Virus record (IMG/VR): IMGVR_UViG_3300021255_000040
Location: 59,181 to 123,180 of that record
Source of the DNA: a virus
Taxonomy: Duplodnaviria > Caudoviricetes
Strand: one strand, 5' to 3'
DNA: 64,000 bases
Position numbers and translations under genes: made by a program. This document shows positions 37,701-47,420 of this stretch, one piece after another. The number at the start of each line of letters is the position of its first letter. The stretch's first letter is position 1. Under the pieces are notes generated by a model that saw only the letters and a program-made list of their open reading frames with translations, made no database searches and was not told the DNA's origin.

Positions 37701-40700
37701 GTAACTCCAAGCTTTATGACCAAGCTGATGAATAAGTTCCGTTTGGAAGGTCAGGAGTTTGAGGACTTCATCATGCAGGAGTATGGCAACTCTGAATGGT
37801 TTAAGTCAGGAAAGAACCAATGGGATATATCAAGAGGTTGGAGAAATGTATGGTTACAGCTCCTTGCTACTGATGAGAATGCCCGTAAGGTGTTTGACCA
37901 TAAGGTAGAGCTGAACTTCAACAAGCACAATTACATGAGGAATATGAGTGATGCAGAGTACACCTTGTCTCTTATCACAGAGTATTTCGCAGAAACTGCT
38001 CAGAAGGGTCAGTCTATGGTTCCTGCTTGGTTCAGAATACCTATCATGTCTAACAAGCCCAGCTCTGAGTTCATTAAGTTCTATTCCTACAGAGGTGCTA
38101 ACTATAAGGATGAAATTATCTTTGGTTTGCATCAGATGTTTAACCAAGAACTCTCCAGAATTCAGACTGTTAACATGAGGAATCACTCTAAGGGTGATAG
38201 TGAGTTCATTGCTAACTTTGATACCAATGGTAGAAAGTTCAACTTCCTGCCTTTCCTCAATCAGTTCTTGGATAAGGCTAATCATTCTGAACTGACAACA
38301 CTGCTCAAGAAGAAAGTAGAAGGTCTGACTGCCTTGACTGCTGAAGAAGAGGCAAGACTCTCTACTCTGGTGGATCAGGCTATCAGGCAGGATATGGACA
38401 TAAGAGTCAATAAGATTCTGAATGAATGGGAGAACAGTGGTATCCTTGAAGCTGCTCAGAACATTGACGGCATTGGTACTGAGGAAGCTCAGATTAGGGC
38501 TAACCTAGAAAACTTCCTGTGGAATGATAACTTTGCCTCAAAGAACATTCTCCAACTGACTGTCACTGACATTGCTTTTTATAAAGATGCAGAAGACCTC
38601 CAGAAGCGTCTGGCTCAGATTCATGCTCCTGGTATCAGAGGTAATGTGGCTGCTACAGACTATGAAGGCAACAGAGTATCTGATGGTAAGTACAGAACTA
38701 TCCTGATTCAAGGCTTGCAGAAGTTCAAGACTGACTTAATAGCTAATCTTACAGAGGTATTTGACCGTAAGATAGCTGCTGCTCCTGATAGTCAGAAAGC
38801 CCAGTGGAGAGCATTGAAGGAAGACTTGGTTGGTGAGAATGGCAGATATACCAAGATTGATGTTACTGATGGTCAGGGTTATTCCTCTCCATCATCTTAT
38901 AGGAAAAAGGCATTCATCTTTGGTAGATGGTCACGTCAGGCAGAGGATATTTATCAGAAACTGCTGAAGGGTGATTATAACTACAGTGACTTAAAGGTTG
39001 CTTTCCAGCCTTTGAAACCATTTGTATATACTCATCTTCAGAAGGATATGGGTGTGGACAATGCTCCAATCCATTCAATGCCCGTACCTTTCCAAGCCAA
39101 GAACTCTGAGTATCTGCTCATCATGGCTGATGCATTACTACAGGGAGAGAAGACTTCCAAGCCTAATCTCCTGAGAGCTATCTATAGAGTGATGGAGGAC
39201 AGTGAGAGACTTGCTCCTACTAAGGGTATTGACACTGTTCAGTTTGATTCTGCCATTAAGTCAGGTCTTCAGGCTCCTATTGACCTCAATCCATTTGTAG
39301 ATATGGTTGGTGGCGAAGAAGCTGCCTTTGAGTATATGAAGGGCTTGATTTACAAGTTGGATGACCAAGGCAATCCTTCTGTTGAATACAACACTGATAC
39401 TTATGTTCATGAAGGTGAATATGAGGATTACTGTTTGCAGCAGGAGGTTCCTGAGCACTTCAAGGATCACTCTCAGGCTCATGGTTCTCAGATAAGAATG
39501 ATTATTCCTTCTGACCTTGATTTCTACAAGAATCCTAATGGTGACAGAACTGCTGAAGACAATCAAGTCTATTATGAGTGGACTGAGCCTGATGGTACCA
39601 AGAAGAAACTGAAGGCTGATGAGTTCCGCAAGGAGTATGAAAAGACTATTGCTGACAATATCAGGGAGAGTATTGATCTACTTTCTCAGGAACTGCATAT
39701 CAATAGCAATGACAAGAAAGAAAGGAACATTGCTCTGTCTAAGATTCTTCAAAGGGAAATCCTCTCATCTCCCAGATATGGTATAGACCTTATTCAGGCT
39801 TGTTCTATTGATAAGGAGACTGGTGAGTTCAGAATTCCTAAGGGAGACCCCATTCAGGCTAAGAGGATTGAGCAGCTTATCAACTCTATCATCAAGAACC
39901 GTGTGAATAAGCAGAAGATTGCTGGTGGCCCTATTGTTCAGGTAACTAACTTTGGTACTTCCCGTCAGCTGCACATCAGGTTCAATGATAAGAATGGTGG
40001 ATTGCTGATGACTCGTGAGGAGTATGAACAGAATCCTCAGAAGAAGAAGATGTCTCAGACTGATAAATTTAATGCCCGCTATGGTAAGAAAACTGCTTCA
40101 GGCAATATGACCTATGAGGAATATGTCAAGCAGAATCAGGCAGGTATTGCTTACTTTGAGGTATTTGTTCCTATCTGGTCTAATGAGCTGTTTGAGAAGT
40201 TTGCCAATCCTGATGGTTCTATCAATGTAGAGGCAATAGAGGCTACAGACCCTGAGCTCTTGAAGATGATTTCATACAGAATTCCTACTGAGGACAAGTA
40301 CTCTTGTGCTCCTATGAAGGTTGTAGGATTCATGCCAAGAGAAGCTGGTGATGCCATCATGTTCCCCTATGAATTGACTGAGATTGATGACTCTGACTTT
40401 GATGTGGATAAGAGATACACCATGCGTAAGAATATTCCCATCAAGAGAAAGGCAAAGCACATCATTCGCAAGGAACTCTTTGACATTGTGTCTGACAGCT
40501 ATCAGAAGCAATATAATAAGGAGTTGCCTGCCAACATTGCCAGTGAGATAGAGATATTCTTGGATTCTCCTGACACTATGAAGGACAAGAACAGCTTCAA
40601 TCAGTGGATGCACAGTCAGTATCAGAGAATAGCCTATACCACAGAGGCTCCTACCTCAGGCAGAACATACAGAGACAACAAGATTGTAGATATGACTTGG

Positions 40701-42935
40701 GCAGTACTGACCAATGAGATGACTGCTGACAAGATTCTCAATCCTGGTGGATTTGATGTGTTCAAAAGGAATGGTTATATGGTTGCTGCCTACAAGAATC
40801 CTGCCAACAACTATTCATGGGAACAGCTCCAGCAAATGTCTATTGATGAACTGAACAAATTGAGTTACACTGAGAAAGACCTTACATGGTTGGATACTCA
40901 GATTCAGTTCTATAAGCAGAATGCTGCTGCTGCCTCTCTGATTGGTGTGTTTGCTGTAAACAAGGTAGCTCATGCTACTCTAGAGAGCAACAATTATTAT
41001 GTAGCAGTTGATGAGGTTTGTGACCCACGTCCATTCATTATTGCTGATACTGAGTTTGGTGGTAGAATGAAGGTTGACCCAACTTATGATAGGGAAGGTA
41101 ATCTCATTGGTAAGACTATTGGTGCTGGTGTATCTGCTTCAGCTGATGCTGCCAAGACACCTGTGTTAAATCTGATGAACATCAACATGACTACTGCTGG
41201 CATCTTCAATACCCTGCTCAGACTGGGTATGGCTCCTAATGATGCTTCTCTGTTTATGTCTCAGGATGTGATAGAGAGAGTACTCAATGAGTTTAATCGT
41301 GAGAACCTAACTAACTATAAGCCACTCTCCACTATCATTGAGGAACATCTGTCAGAGCTGCGTGAGAAGCATAACATTTCTGATGATTCCAACATCAACT
41401 CAGAAGCCTTGTCAAGAGAGGAAATGGTAGATGGCTTGTTGCCTGTCAATCCTATGAATCAAGATAACCATGAGGTCATTGACTACAAGGTTCTGCTTGC
41501 TTTCCAGAAAGTAAGGTCATTGGTAGATGCTATGAGAAAACCTACATTTGCTACAAGATTCAACTCTGTCTCTTCAGCTGTAGGCCCACTCATCATTGAT
41601 AACCTTATTATTGAGCATAAAATGGAGCAGTTCACTGATGCAGCTACTGAGGATGGTACTCACTTCTATGATTCAGAAGGTACTCCTGTAGATATTGATG
41701 ACATCTTCTATGACCATCCTATTCTGAAAGAGTTCTCTCGCACTGTTGATATTGCCAAGTCCATGTTCTATGACATGCCTGCTGGTAGTAGAGGATTCAG
41801 AAACCTGTTGGCTACTCTGCCTGAGGGATTAATAGATAAGGTATATAATGACAAGAAGCTCTTGGATAACCTGAGCAACTTCTATCAGTCATACCTGCTC
41901 ATTGCATCCCGTATGGTGAATCCTGCCAACCTGAAGAACTACATTGATGGATTCCCTAAGTACTTCAATGAACAGAAGTTCAAGGAGAAGTACCATGACA
42001 ATGCACTGATTCAGGCTATTAGAATGAATGTAGCCAAAAGAACAGGCAGACCATTCCTCTCTATTAACATCACTGGTATTGATGAAGCTCAAAAGGAAGT
42101 ATATCGCAGTGCATGGATTGACCTACATAAGGATAATCCAGAATTATCTAAGAGGCTCTTCGAATACTGTTTCTTCCGTGCTGGCATAGGATTCAGTCCT
42201 AAGACATTCATGTCACTGGTTCCTGCTTATGTCAAGGAGAGACTCTCTACAAACTTAGATAATAATACTCAAGCTACTTATGTGGATACTTACAGAATGT
42301 TCCCAACAGTTAATCCTGAGGTTGTTATAGACCAATGGGTAAGAAACAATTGGGATAACAACAAGCTGGTTCCTAAGAAGGGTGGTGAAGGTACTCACTA
42401 TGCTGTAGATTTGAAGAGAGGTACTCTGATAGCAAGAGACCCAAAGGATATGGCTGACTTAAAGGGTAACAAGTACATTAAGACCCGTCATAATGGTCAG
42501 ACATACCTATGGAAACAACTCATTGCTGATAAGACTGCTGTCAACTATGTGATGGTGAAACCTCTAGGTAACAATGGTGAATATATGGAGATGAGTCTTG
42601 CAGATATTACCAAACCTCTGAGTGAAACCAAAGAAACCATCGAGGATATGCAGGAGTCTGAACTCCAAGCTACCAGTCCTGCTGAAGCTGATGCAGCTCA
42701 GGAGTCAAATGCTGATACAGTAACTGATGGTGAGAAGGCAAAGCAAACAGCAGAGTTGGCAGAACTCTTGATGAAACAGAATCCTAAGTTTAACAAGACT
42801 CAGGCTCTGAATCAGATAGAGAGGATGAAGGAGAAACCTAACATGTATGCAGGGTTCTTGGTGAATGTGTTTAAGCAAAAAGGTCTGAACCTGACAAAGG
42901 AGGAGGCCATTAAAGAATTCAAAAAAATGTGTTAA
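31749..42935 (+). CDS. Giant virion DNA-dependent RNA polymerase (crAss type) with N-terminal kinase, SF1B helicase, NADAR and possible SAM-lyase-like domains
   Basis: Catalytic DFDVD (about 40395-40409), YRIPTE and TDGQGY; helicase GYAGTGKT, IDEASM, VGDKAQL and TIHKSQGST; kinase NDLTNANV and VIDAD; NADAR AEHAYQ and DKYW..TGQN. Confidence 0.9.
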   Translation: MVCVDKKSPEFLRLARRMNLDANILEQIIHKYYRESGQEELFPTDVYVNAQLGRTQYEEAMPTVRQFWENAYSQPKTFSSEGEYKRAWVQAINYFPKEAIVNYKDTNGNFILAVRRPVEKLEKNSKGMMIVTDAEGNRLPMLSHQEARDYALITSQLLPDSEKSSTFAADMRSVTENQDYISDSLDAAMKTGRWNDQAIKDLEKLIKKIQDGEVDFKRTVGERFSFTKGISEAHAAASLITRGSYGASQAKSGAAKEIYDRDAAQGRQQERLIEAWAKAADLWVNDYTDAQGHKANSLEGLMHSQWQYMDQASEAEVFRYDDTQVIKSISLSHSNDNVAKLLDRIALFNQLFPETALTIQGFGRDKLGHFRVIATQNLINGKELTDEQLKKFHDKYKLKEQGAWFVTPDGTALINDLTNANVMIDEQGNYYVIDADVVFNTPEMGGKVLFDNSFEFHQKERPARKERQVIGPQPFTFNDGTVVTVPFKPNEQQAEALNAMNDFLNSDETTMTLSGYAGTGKTSLMEIIAQKAKRQHKPIMFSATTNKAAAVLKARVSKAGFDAQTLNKVFGINVEVDSSKAYNARNLVTALRDADIMPGTTVVIDEASMINEENYRILNRIARENGLKIIYVGDKAQLAPVNETQVSKVFRNSEGRVVELTQVERTDDNAILKEATNIRNGLPLSGESSFNERGEGVGYLTPKSRDEIGKVIRHYIQGLKDNPNFFRILAYTNKKVTEYNDFVRTLLGYTDPIPHVGEPLTGYNNWGYDWRTKSYRFINSESYKVTRVGKPAQSKISVNGQEFTMTYVPVTMENSLGESDTFNYMDIKGNQENRQAALQLATQKKTLWEQYRRAVGREAKSNILSQINSIDQFLFVNDNIEDPTTHNLLQPKTVDFGYALTIHKSQGSTFTHVLMDDIDVAKAGNTLNNAANAMSVVDLGDAGMVADASMEMRGSEDVDLGDLSSVPAEEPSSSNPNIANVRQQLEYVGVSRATNTVTIISNNVKTEGSPLTPQNLISKEDSNPSNNEVQGENIASNGSEFAKKLTNPGNNLQVEYKGKTFRNAEHAYQTWKSGEFDEVAYNSTAFKSKGSKPANKQTNYQTMVDILKAKLQQHPELVEGITQRGGEEYLKASTHKVTGDKYWESTGQNKFIEALTEAYNAINQGDNRSNEKTNLIAATIGPYFNTSYEDYMAMVPEKQKEMREAFAKAAHEVAKALGIPLDMKQASFNIGGYEFEDGSSVIEPSFTFRFGKDATPEQVRMFAALMGDLGYEQQEAVVTSWDVANEEERDGDRHFIEFKEEELPLLKQFGIKNFTFDKTRGVLSVLSFDTKDVENFYKLVETIKQKENGLEETQRRNPRRASFKTFYDEKEGRRALYEAWSVNAKDRSAEEGRPSGSDNLVQEALEKLQNRELPIDRETPTEQPQKVSLPSYEYFMDRYEDTTVDAVWKIPLLQQLDSQLTTELTPEENNEILDRMTRILEAKSQEDLLDLQTEEPKEKKTVEQNLTEFEKMTQQINNLLDSNIISASEIRHVAELVVNSISDTITILQKEDGAAEKFFPNIETKIDFKTASRKDIVEAIGINNLIHRAKQQFDPEQNDYEDFDTIDQADLIIDNWDAIMTLAADTFAMTEGFGIMRNYDNGGFNTTQASTIDYDNFNDYSNDSDAMAESEKDEQEHWQVEQRTIDVLNSMSQLVRLALHDCYQMDKDGNKVMSKWGIAERVNPRQAVNSILRWTQGALSLEDMIQRMQNKATQNPWLNQLVERLSDKSGQEADFQSQFFGVFSKHFQPYSVVLLEDGKYHSIPVNSHPALSEAMQTITTQFKIGEHPLFTDKGINVKLLGTERTTFPEADFNLHKALSNLQTIQDRLNHGEQFSDKIAKDATAEIMGVCRVLGYPVTEEMLSEAINEEKLKYMTDKLYHMVKSLDAALEAQRREPNKQYNPFAFGTDNSIGGTLRNFLTPITDTLEDTAVSAFYDSGKMYQSYVTPSFMTKLMNKFRLEGQEFEDFIMQEYGNSEWFKSGKNQWDISRGWRNVWLQLLATDENARKVFDHKVELNFNKHNYMRNMSDAEYTLSLITEYFAETAQKGQSMVPAWFRIPIMSNKPSSEFIKFYSYRGANYKDEIIFGLHQMFNQELSRIQTVNMRNHSKGDSEFIANFDTNGRKFNFLPFLNQFLDKANHSELTTLLKKKVEGLTALTAEEEARLSTLVDQAIRQDMDIRVNKILNEWENSGILEAAQNIDGIGTEEAQIRANLENFLWNDNFASKNILQLTVTDIAFYKDAEDLQKRLAQIHAPGIRGNVAATDYEGNRVSDGKYRTILIQGLQKFKTDLIANLTEVFDRKIAAAPDSQKAQWRALKEDLVGENGRYTKIDVTDGQGYSSPSSYRKKAFIFGRWSRQAEDIYQKLLKGDYNYSDLKVAFQPLKPFVYTHLQKDMGVDNAPIHSMPVPFQAKNSEYLLIMADALLQGEKTSKPNLLRAIYRVMEDSERLAPTKGIDTVQFDSAIKSGLQAPIDLNPFVDMVGGEEAAFEYMKGLIYKLDDQGNPSVEYNTDTYVHEGEYEDYCLQQEVPEHFKDHSQAHGSQIRMIIPSDLDFYKNPNGDRTAEDNQVYYEWTEPDGTKKKLKADEFRKEYEKTIADNIRESIDLLSQELHINSNDKKERNIALSKILQREILSSPRYGIDLIQACSIDKETGEFRIPKGDPIQAKRIEQLINSIIKNRVNKQKIAGGPIVQVTNFGTSRQLHIRFNDKNGGLLMTREEYEQNPQKKKMSQTDKFNARYGKKTASGNMTYEEYVKQNQAGIAYFEVFVPIWSNELFEKFANPDGSINVEAIEATDPELLKMISYRIPTEDKYSCAPMKVVGFMPREAGDAIMFPYELTEIDDSDFDVDKRYTMRKNIPIKRKAKHIIRKELFDIVSDSYQKQYNKELPANIASEIEIFLDSPDTMKDKNSFNQWMHSQYQRIAYTTEAPTSGRTYRDNKIVDMTWAVLTNEMTADKILNPGGFDVFKRNGYMVAAYKNPANNYSWEQLQQMSIDELNKLSYTEKDLTWLDTQIQFYKQNAAAASLIGVFAVNKVAHATLESNNYYVAVDEVCDPRPFIIADTEFGGRMKVDPTYDREGNLIGKTIGAGVSASADAAKTPVLNLMNINMTTAGIFNTLLRLGMAPNDASLFMSQDVIERVLNEFNRENLTNYKPLSTIIEEHLSELREKHNISDDSNINSEALSREEMVDGLLPVNPMNQDNHEVIDYKVLLAFQKVRSLVDAMRKPTFATRFNSVSSAVGPLIIDNLIIEHKMEQFTDAATEDGTHFYDSEGTPVDIDDIFYDHPILKEFSRTVDIAKSMFYDMPAGSRGFRNLLATLPEGLIDKVYNDKKLLDNLSNFYQSYLLIASRMVNPANLKNYIDGFPKYFNEQKFKEKYHDNALIQAIRMNVAKRTGRPFLSINITGIDEAQKEVYRSAWIDLHKDNPELSKRLFEYCFFRAGIGFSPKTFMSLVPAYVKERLSTNLDNNTQATYVDTYRMFPTVNPEVVIDQWVRNNWDNNKLVPKKGGEGTHYAVDLKRGTLIARDPKDMADLKGNKYIKTRHNGQTYLWKQLIADKTAVNYVMVKPLGNNGEYMEMSLADITKPLSETKETIEDMQESELQATSPAEADAAQESNADTVTDGEKAKQTAELAELLMKQNPKFNKTQALNQIERMKEKPNMYAGFLVNVFKQKGLNLTKEEAIKEFKKMC
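32220..32250 (+). promoter_or_regulatory. Promoter inside the RNAP coding sequence (TTG-N20-TACTTTTG followed by CA)
   Basis: Same elements and 20-nt spacing as the promoters at 10271-10301 and 48899-48929. Confidence 0.6.
32380..32565 (+). CDS. Nested +1-frame ORF (61 aa) just before the kinase domain; candidate inhibitor
   Basis: A-rich leader (ctaattaaaaagatacaag-ATG), upstream internal promoter and E/K/Q-rich helical composition unlike shadow ORFs. Confidence 0.55.
   Translation: MEKLILSEQWEKDSPSRKASLKHMQQHPLSQEDLMEQVKQNQELRKKYMTEMQPKAGSKKG
35791..35964 (+). CDS. Nested +1-frame ORF (57 aa, MDLKKLKEETPEERRLRLSMMRKKEEELCTKLGVSMPKTEVPKKEDPLEVTISFKKH)
   Basis: A-rich leader (aactataaaacaaaaagaga-ATG), TACCTTTG at 35690-35697 and charged helical composition; below the ORF-track cut-off. 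Confidence 0.55.
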   Translation: MDLKKLKEETPEERRLRLSMMRKKEEELCTKLGVSMPKTEVPKKEDPLEVTISFKKH

Positions 42936-42938
42936 GAT

Positions 42939-45900
42939 ATGGCTAAATCATGTGTTTTATATCCAGACGCTCCTAATGGACAGCCTAGTAAGATGTATAA
43001 GGACTTGCTGGAAAAGAATAAGTTAGGCAGGCCTCTTGTGAATATGCTCTATGCTTCATACATTGCTTCTAATGCAGCTGATGCAATGGATCAGGCAGGT
43101 TATCAGAGAAACTCTCAAGGTGAGCACAATGCTGCTGATGTGATGAAATTCTTAGATGTCTATACAATGCTCAATGAAATGGCAACTCTCTCTTCGGAAG
43201 AGTTGTCATGGGGCATTGTGGATAATAATGGTAATAGAATTGATTTCACTGATGGTAAACAGGCCCTTGAGAAAGCTGATGCCTTTAATGATGCTCATAC
43301 TGGATTGACTGCTACAGTTATTCAGCATGGTAACATCTATAACATTATCACTGCTGAAAAAAATTCCAGGACTCATACTTATGGCATGGATGTCAAGGAG
43401 AAGCTAAAAGTATGGGATGTAGAGAAACAAGCATTTGCTGCTGTAGGCATTGATATTGACAACATGCCTCAGGAGCTAAAAGGTATATTCACCCCGATGA
43501 ATACAGGATTGGTGTCTTACCTGCAAGGTCTTCAGAGATTAGCAATGGGCAACCTCTACAAGAAAGATGCTTTACTGTTGTTTAATATGGATCCAAACTC
43601 TGCACAGGTTAGAAGACTTGTGCAGAACTTTGGTTCTATTGATATAGCTGCTGAAGCTATCAATAACATTAATCATGGTATTGGCAACTACACTACTGCA
43701 CAGAAACTTTTATTAAAGAGGGCTGTAGACCACTGTAAGCAGTATCAAGGCATTGACCTGAATGCTCTGAAGGCTCAGGTAGACCAGATGTCTCAACAGG
43801 TTATTCAGAGTAGTCCAGATGAAGCTATCAAACAGACCCTACATCAGCTGAACAAGAAGTATAAGATTGACATCAATGAGATTCATCGCATTGGAAATAA
43901 AATTAATACTCTTTCTGAAGCTGCTACCGATGCTGCTGTAACTATCCAGAGACAAATCAGACAACTGGAAAAGGAGCAAGGCAATAATGTAGAAGGCAAG
44001 AGGCTGGAGGGTGTCTTGAATCAGTTGATGCGAGAGCTGGCTAATAAGAAGTATTATTCTGGTGTATTAAACTTCTTGAGTGAAGCACAGACTCAGATTG
44101 CCGAGATTGACAATATGCTCAACAACATTCCTCAGACTGGTACTGAACTGGAGAAAGCCTTTGGTACTGCCAAGATTCTTCAGGACATCAAATCTTTGAG
44201 AGAACAGTATTATACCTTAGTATCTGCCTTAGCTGATGAGCATCTAACTATTGACGAATCAATCAATCAGTCTGATATTGATAACATCCGTCAGTCTGCC
44301 AAAGCCTTGAAAGAATACTTTGACAAGAAAGAAAGAGTACTGGATAATCTGACAGAGCAAACTATGATTAGTCTGATGACTCAGATTGTAGGTGACGCAG
44401 CCCCCAATGGCCAAGCAATGATAAATGTAATCAGAATGGCTGCTGCTGACAGTTCTCTATCAGACTATTTGTATAGTGTTGGCAGGGCTTCTAATCCTAT
44501 TATAGCTGCTATGGGTAGTATCATCAGGAATGCTCAGGACTCAAGAGATGGTGTAATGAATAACTTCTCACTGAGAATCCGTAGGGCTACTGATAAACTC
44601 TACAAGTCTGGCAGTGACTCTTCCTTTATGTATGAGGATGATGGTCATATCATCAGTGATATTGACTGGAGTCTCTACAAAGCTGCAAGGTCTGCTCATA
44701 TCAAAGATTTATATAGACAAGGCTTAAGAGGCTTCGATCTGAAGCAGGCTATTGAAGATTGGGAAGATGTGAATACTGAGGATAGGGTAGTTGATAATAC
44801 CAATGGTAGAACTGAGAGAGTACCTGATGCTTCATACAGGAAACCCTTCCCTGCATTGACTCAAGCTCAACAGGAATACTATGATGAGATGATGCAGCTC
44901 AAAGGTGAGATTGGTTCTTTTCTTCCTGCTTATGCTCAACATCAATACTTGCCTCCACAGCTTCGTAGAAACACAATGGATGCTCTGGGGCAGGCAAAGA
45001 ATGTTAAAGATGTAGCCAAAGCTCTTAGAAACAAGTTTGAGAATATCTGGAAAATCCGTGAGGATGATGAGAACTATAATATGAATGGTATCATTGATGG
45101 TGATGAGTATGCCATTACCAATGGTGCTTTTGATAACACTCCACTCCGTCAGATTCCTATCTTCTTTGTCAACAAGGTAGAACAAGAAGAACTATTAAAG
45201 AACTTCTCCACAGGTATTGCAGCTCTTGCAGGTACTGCCATTAACTATGATGCTATGAGTAATGTAGCTCAGGTGGTAGAGTTTATTGGTGACTTTACTA
45301 AAGGACAGGTTGCCAGAGACAAAGACCCTAAGGCTGACATCATTGAGAATAAGCAGATAAGAATCTTTAAAGACCTGTTCAAATGGGGAAAGAATACTAA
45401 TACTGCTGGTATCATTGATGGCTTTATCTCACAGCACATCTATGGTCAGAGGCTGGATCCAGAACAACCTGGTTATAAGTGGGCTAAACTGGTTCAAAAT
45501 ATCATTGGCTATACTTCATTCAAGGGACTATCTACAAACTTAAAAGGTGCGTTTAGTAACTACTTAGTGGGTGAATTTCAGATGATGATTGAAGCAGGTG
45601 CTGGAGAGTTCTATGGTTTCCAAGATTACCTATGGGCACACTCTAAGCTCTTTGGTAACTCTGGTGTAGGAGGTGAAATGGCAGAGCTTCTAACCAATAA
45701 TATGAATAGCAAGGGAACACTCTTCAGAGAAATGTTTGACCCAATTAATGAGAACTTCTCAGACAAGAGTCATACTAAATACTATAAGAGTATGTTCCGT
45801 CAATTAATATCCCATGACTGTTCTTTCATTGGTTACAGCTCTGGTGAATATCTTATCCATTATGTTAATATGTATTCTATTCTCCATAACCAAAAGGTAT

Positions 45901-46832
45901 TGGATGCTAACGGCAAAAAGATTAGTCTCTATGATGCCTTTGAGGTGACTGGTAAGCAGAATGGCAACTCTGAGTTAAGGCTAAAGGCTGGTATCACCAT
46001 GCTTGATGGTAGTCCTGTTACTGCTGAGTTCATTGATAGTATCAGGAAGAAAATCAGGTATGCCAACCAGACTACTCATGGTTCTATGAATACTGAGGAT
46101 AAAGGTCTTATCCATCAGAAGCTATGGGGCAGAGCAGTGATGAACTTCAGACAATGGATGGTTGAACATTATAGTAGAAGATTCAGAAAAAGGCACTTTG
46201 ATGCATCATTAGGTATGGACAGAGAAGGATACTGGCAGAGCTTCTACCAATATATGTTCAATGAAGATACCAAGGATGAGTGGAAAGAAGGCAGTAAGAT
46301 TAATGCCATTGGAATGTTCATGAAGGACTATATAACTTTCCTGTTGAGAGCACAGTCCCAGTGGCATAATCTGGATGAGATGCAGAAGTATAATGTCAAG
46401 AGAGTACATACTGAGATGATGATGTATTTTGCACTATTGGGCATCAGCTTTGCTCTTGGAGAACCAGACAAACACAAGAAGGAATTCTGGAGGAGATGGT
46501 GGATTTATCAGGTGAAACGTATGATTCTTGATACTGAGGGTTCTATGCCTCATCCTAAGTTCATCTCTTCTGCCTTGACTATTCTTCAGTCTCCTATGGC
46601 GGGTGTTAACACTGTCAACTCCCTATTGTATTCTTTCTATGGTCTTACCAATGGAGACCTGATTGGTGACAACAACACTATTAAGTCAGGAGACCATAAA
46701 GGAGAAAACAGATACTGGAGAAACATGAAGAAGTATAATCTTCCTTTCTTCAAAGACTGGGAACAGATGCAAAAGATGTCAGAAGATGAATCTATCTTCC
46801 AAGTATTCAAAGATACCCCATCTAATCATTAA
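42939..46832 (+). CDS. Large virion/ejection (cargo) protein associated with RNAP
   Basis: 1297 aa, helical, 3 nt downstream of RNAP; C-terminal HG......GR...FRQW pattern seen in crAss cargo proteins. Confidence 0.7.
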   Translation: MAKSCVLYPDAPNGQPSKMYKDLLEKNKLGRPLVNMLYASYIASNAADAMDQAGYQRNSQGEHNAADVMKFLDVYTMLNEMATLSSEELSWGIVDNNGNRIDFTDGKQALEKADAFNDAHTGLTATVIQHGNIYNIITAEKNSRTHTYGMDVKEKLKVWDVEKQAFAAVGIDIDNMPQELKGIFTPMNTGLVSYLQGLQRLAMGNLYKKDALLLFNMDPNSAQVRRLVQNFGSIDIAAEAINNINHGIGNYTTAQKLLLKRAVDHCKQYQGIDLNALKAQVDQMSQQVIQSSPDEAIKQTLHQLNKKYKIDINEIHRIGNKINTLSEAATDAAVTIQRQIRQLEKEQGNNVEGKRLEGVLNQLMRELANKKYYSGVLNFLSEAQTQIAEIDNMLNNIPQTGTELEKAFGTAKILQDIKSLREQYYTLVSALADEHLTIDESINQSDIDNIRQSAKALKEYFDKKERVLDNLTEQTMISLMTQIVGDAAPNGQAMINVIRMAAADSSLSDYLYSVGRASNPIIAAMGSIIRNAQDSRDGVMNNFSLRIRRATDKLYKSGSDSSFMYEDDGHIISDIDWSLYKAARSAHIKDLYRQGLRGFDLKQAIEDWEDVNTEDRVVDNTNGRTERVPDASYRKPFPALTQAQQEYYDEMMQLKGEIGSFLPAYAQHQYLPPQLRRNTMDALGQAKNVKDVAKALRNKFENIWKIREDDENYNMNGIIDGDEYAITNGAFDNTPLRQIPIFFVNKVEQEELLKNFSTGIAALAGTAINYDAMSNVAQVVEFIGDFTKGQVARDKDPKADIIENKQIRIFKDLFKWGKNTNTAGIIDGFISQHIYGQRLDPEQPGYKWAKLVQNIIGYTSFKGLSTNLKGAFSNYLVGEFQMMIEAGAGEFYGFQDYLWAHSKLFGNSGVGGEMAELLTNNMNSKGTLFREMFDPINENFSDKSHTKYYKSMFRQLISHDCSFIGYSSGEYLIHYVNMYSILHNQKVLDANGKKISLYDAFEVTGKQNGNSELRLKAGITMLDGSPVTAEFIDSIRKKIRYANQTTHGSMNTEDKGLIHQKLWGRAVMNFRQWMVEHYSRRFRKRHFDASLGMDREGYWQSFYQYMFNEDTKDEWKEGSKINAIGMFMKDYITFLLRAQSQWHNLDEMQKYNVKRVHTEMMMYFALLGISFALGEPDKHKKEFWRRWWIYQVKRMILDTEGSMPHPKFISSALTILQSPMAGVNTVNSLLYSFYGLTNGDLIGDNNTIKSGDHKGENRYWRNMKKYNLPFFKDWEQMQKMSEDESIFQVFKDTPSNH

Positions 46833-46835
46833 TAG

Positions 46836-46863
46836 AAAAGGAGAGGCTTTGAACCTCTCCTTT
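46836..46863. terminator. Bidirectional terminator where the two strands converge
   Basis: aaaaggagagg-ctttgaa-cctctccttt. Confidence 0.8.
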
Positions 46864-47392
46864 ATCTTTTAAAAGCACTTTTAATTCTGTTATACAGTTT
46901 ATCTGCTTCAAGAGTATTGCAATACTTCTTTAGCTCATCACATACCATATAGAACTCATCTCTTACTTGTGTATTCTTTATAGTTTCAGCTGTATTAGCA
47001 TAGAAGTCAATGCTGTTACCTCCATACTTTTCAAAGTCATCATGATTTAAACCTGTCAATAAATAGTAGTCACTAAGAATCTTATCAACATAAAGTTTCT
47101 TGTCTTGACTTACATGTTCATAAAAAGACTTAAGTAAACTATACAAAGCTACTTTTTGATTAGCGGCTACCTTAGTATAATCTACGTCCATTAAGCTAAA
47201 ATAATTGTGGTTTTTGTTTTTGTAGTACCCAATAACTTCTTTAACTAAATAAACCGCTATAGGCAGCGATATACTGTAACCTATTAAAGCTGGCCAGAAT
47301 TGATTTTTTCTCATACTCCATATACACATTAAAACAATGGAAACATATAATATGTATCCTAAGACATATAATTTCCTTTTATCTAATCCCAT
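46862..47392 (-). CDS. AT-rich two-TM membrane protein (moron-like)
   Basis: Two N-terminal hydrophobic helices; own promoter box at 47413-47420. Confidence 0.7.
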   Translation of the reverse strand: MGLDKRKLYVLGYILYVSIVLMCIWSMRKNQFWPALIGYSISLPIAVYLVKEVIGYYKNKNHNYFSLMDVDYTKVAANQKVALYSLLKSFYEHVSQDKKLYVDKILSDYYLLTGLNHDDFEKYGGNSIDFYANTAETIKNTQVRDEFYMVCDELKKYCNTLEADKLYNRIKSAFKR

Positions 47393-47412
47393 ACTTCTGC
47401 TTTTAGGTTCTG

Positions 47413-47420
47413 CAAAGATA
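47413..47420 (-). promoter_or_regulatory. TAnnTTTG promoter box (TATCTTTG followed by CA)
   Basis: 20 nt upstream of the ATG at 47392. Confidence 0.65.
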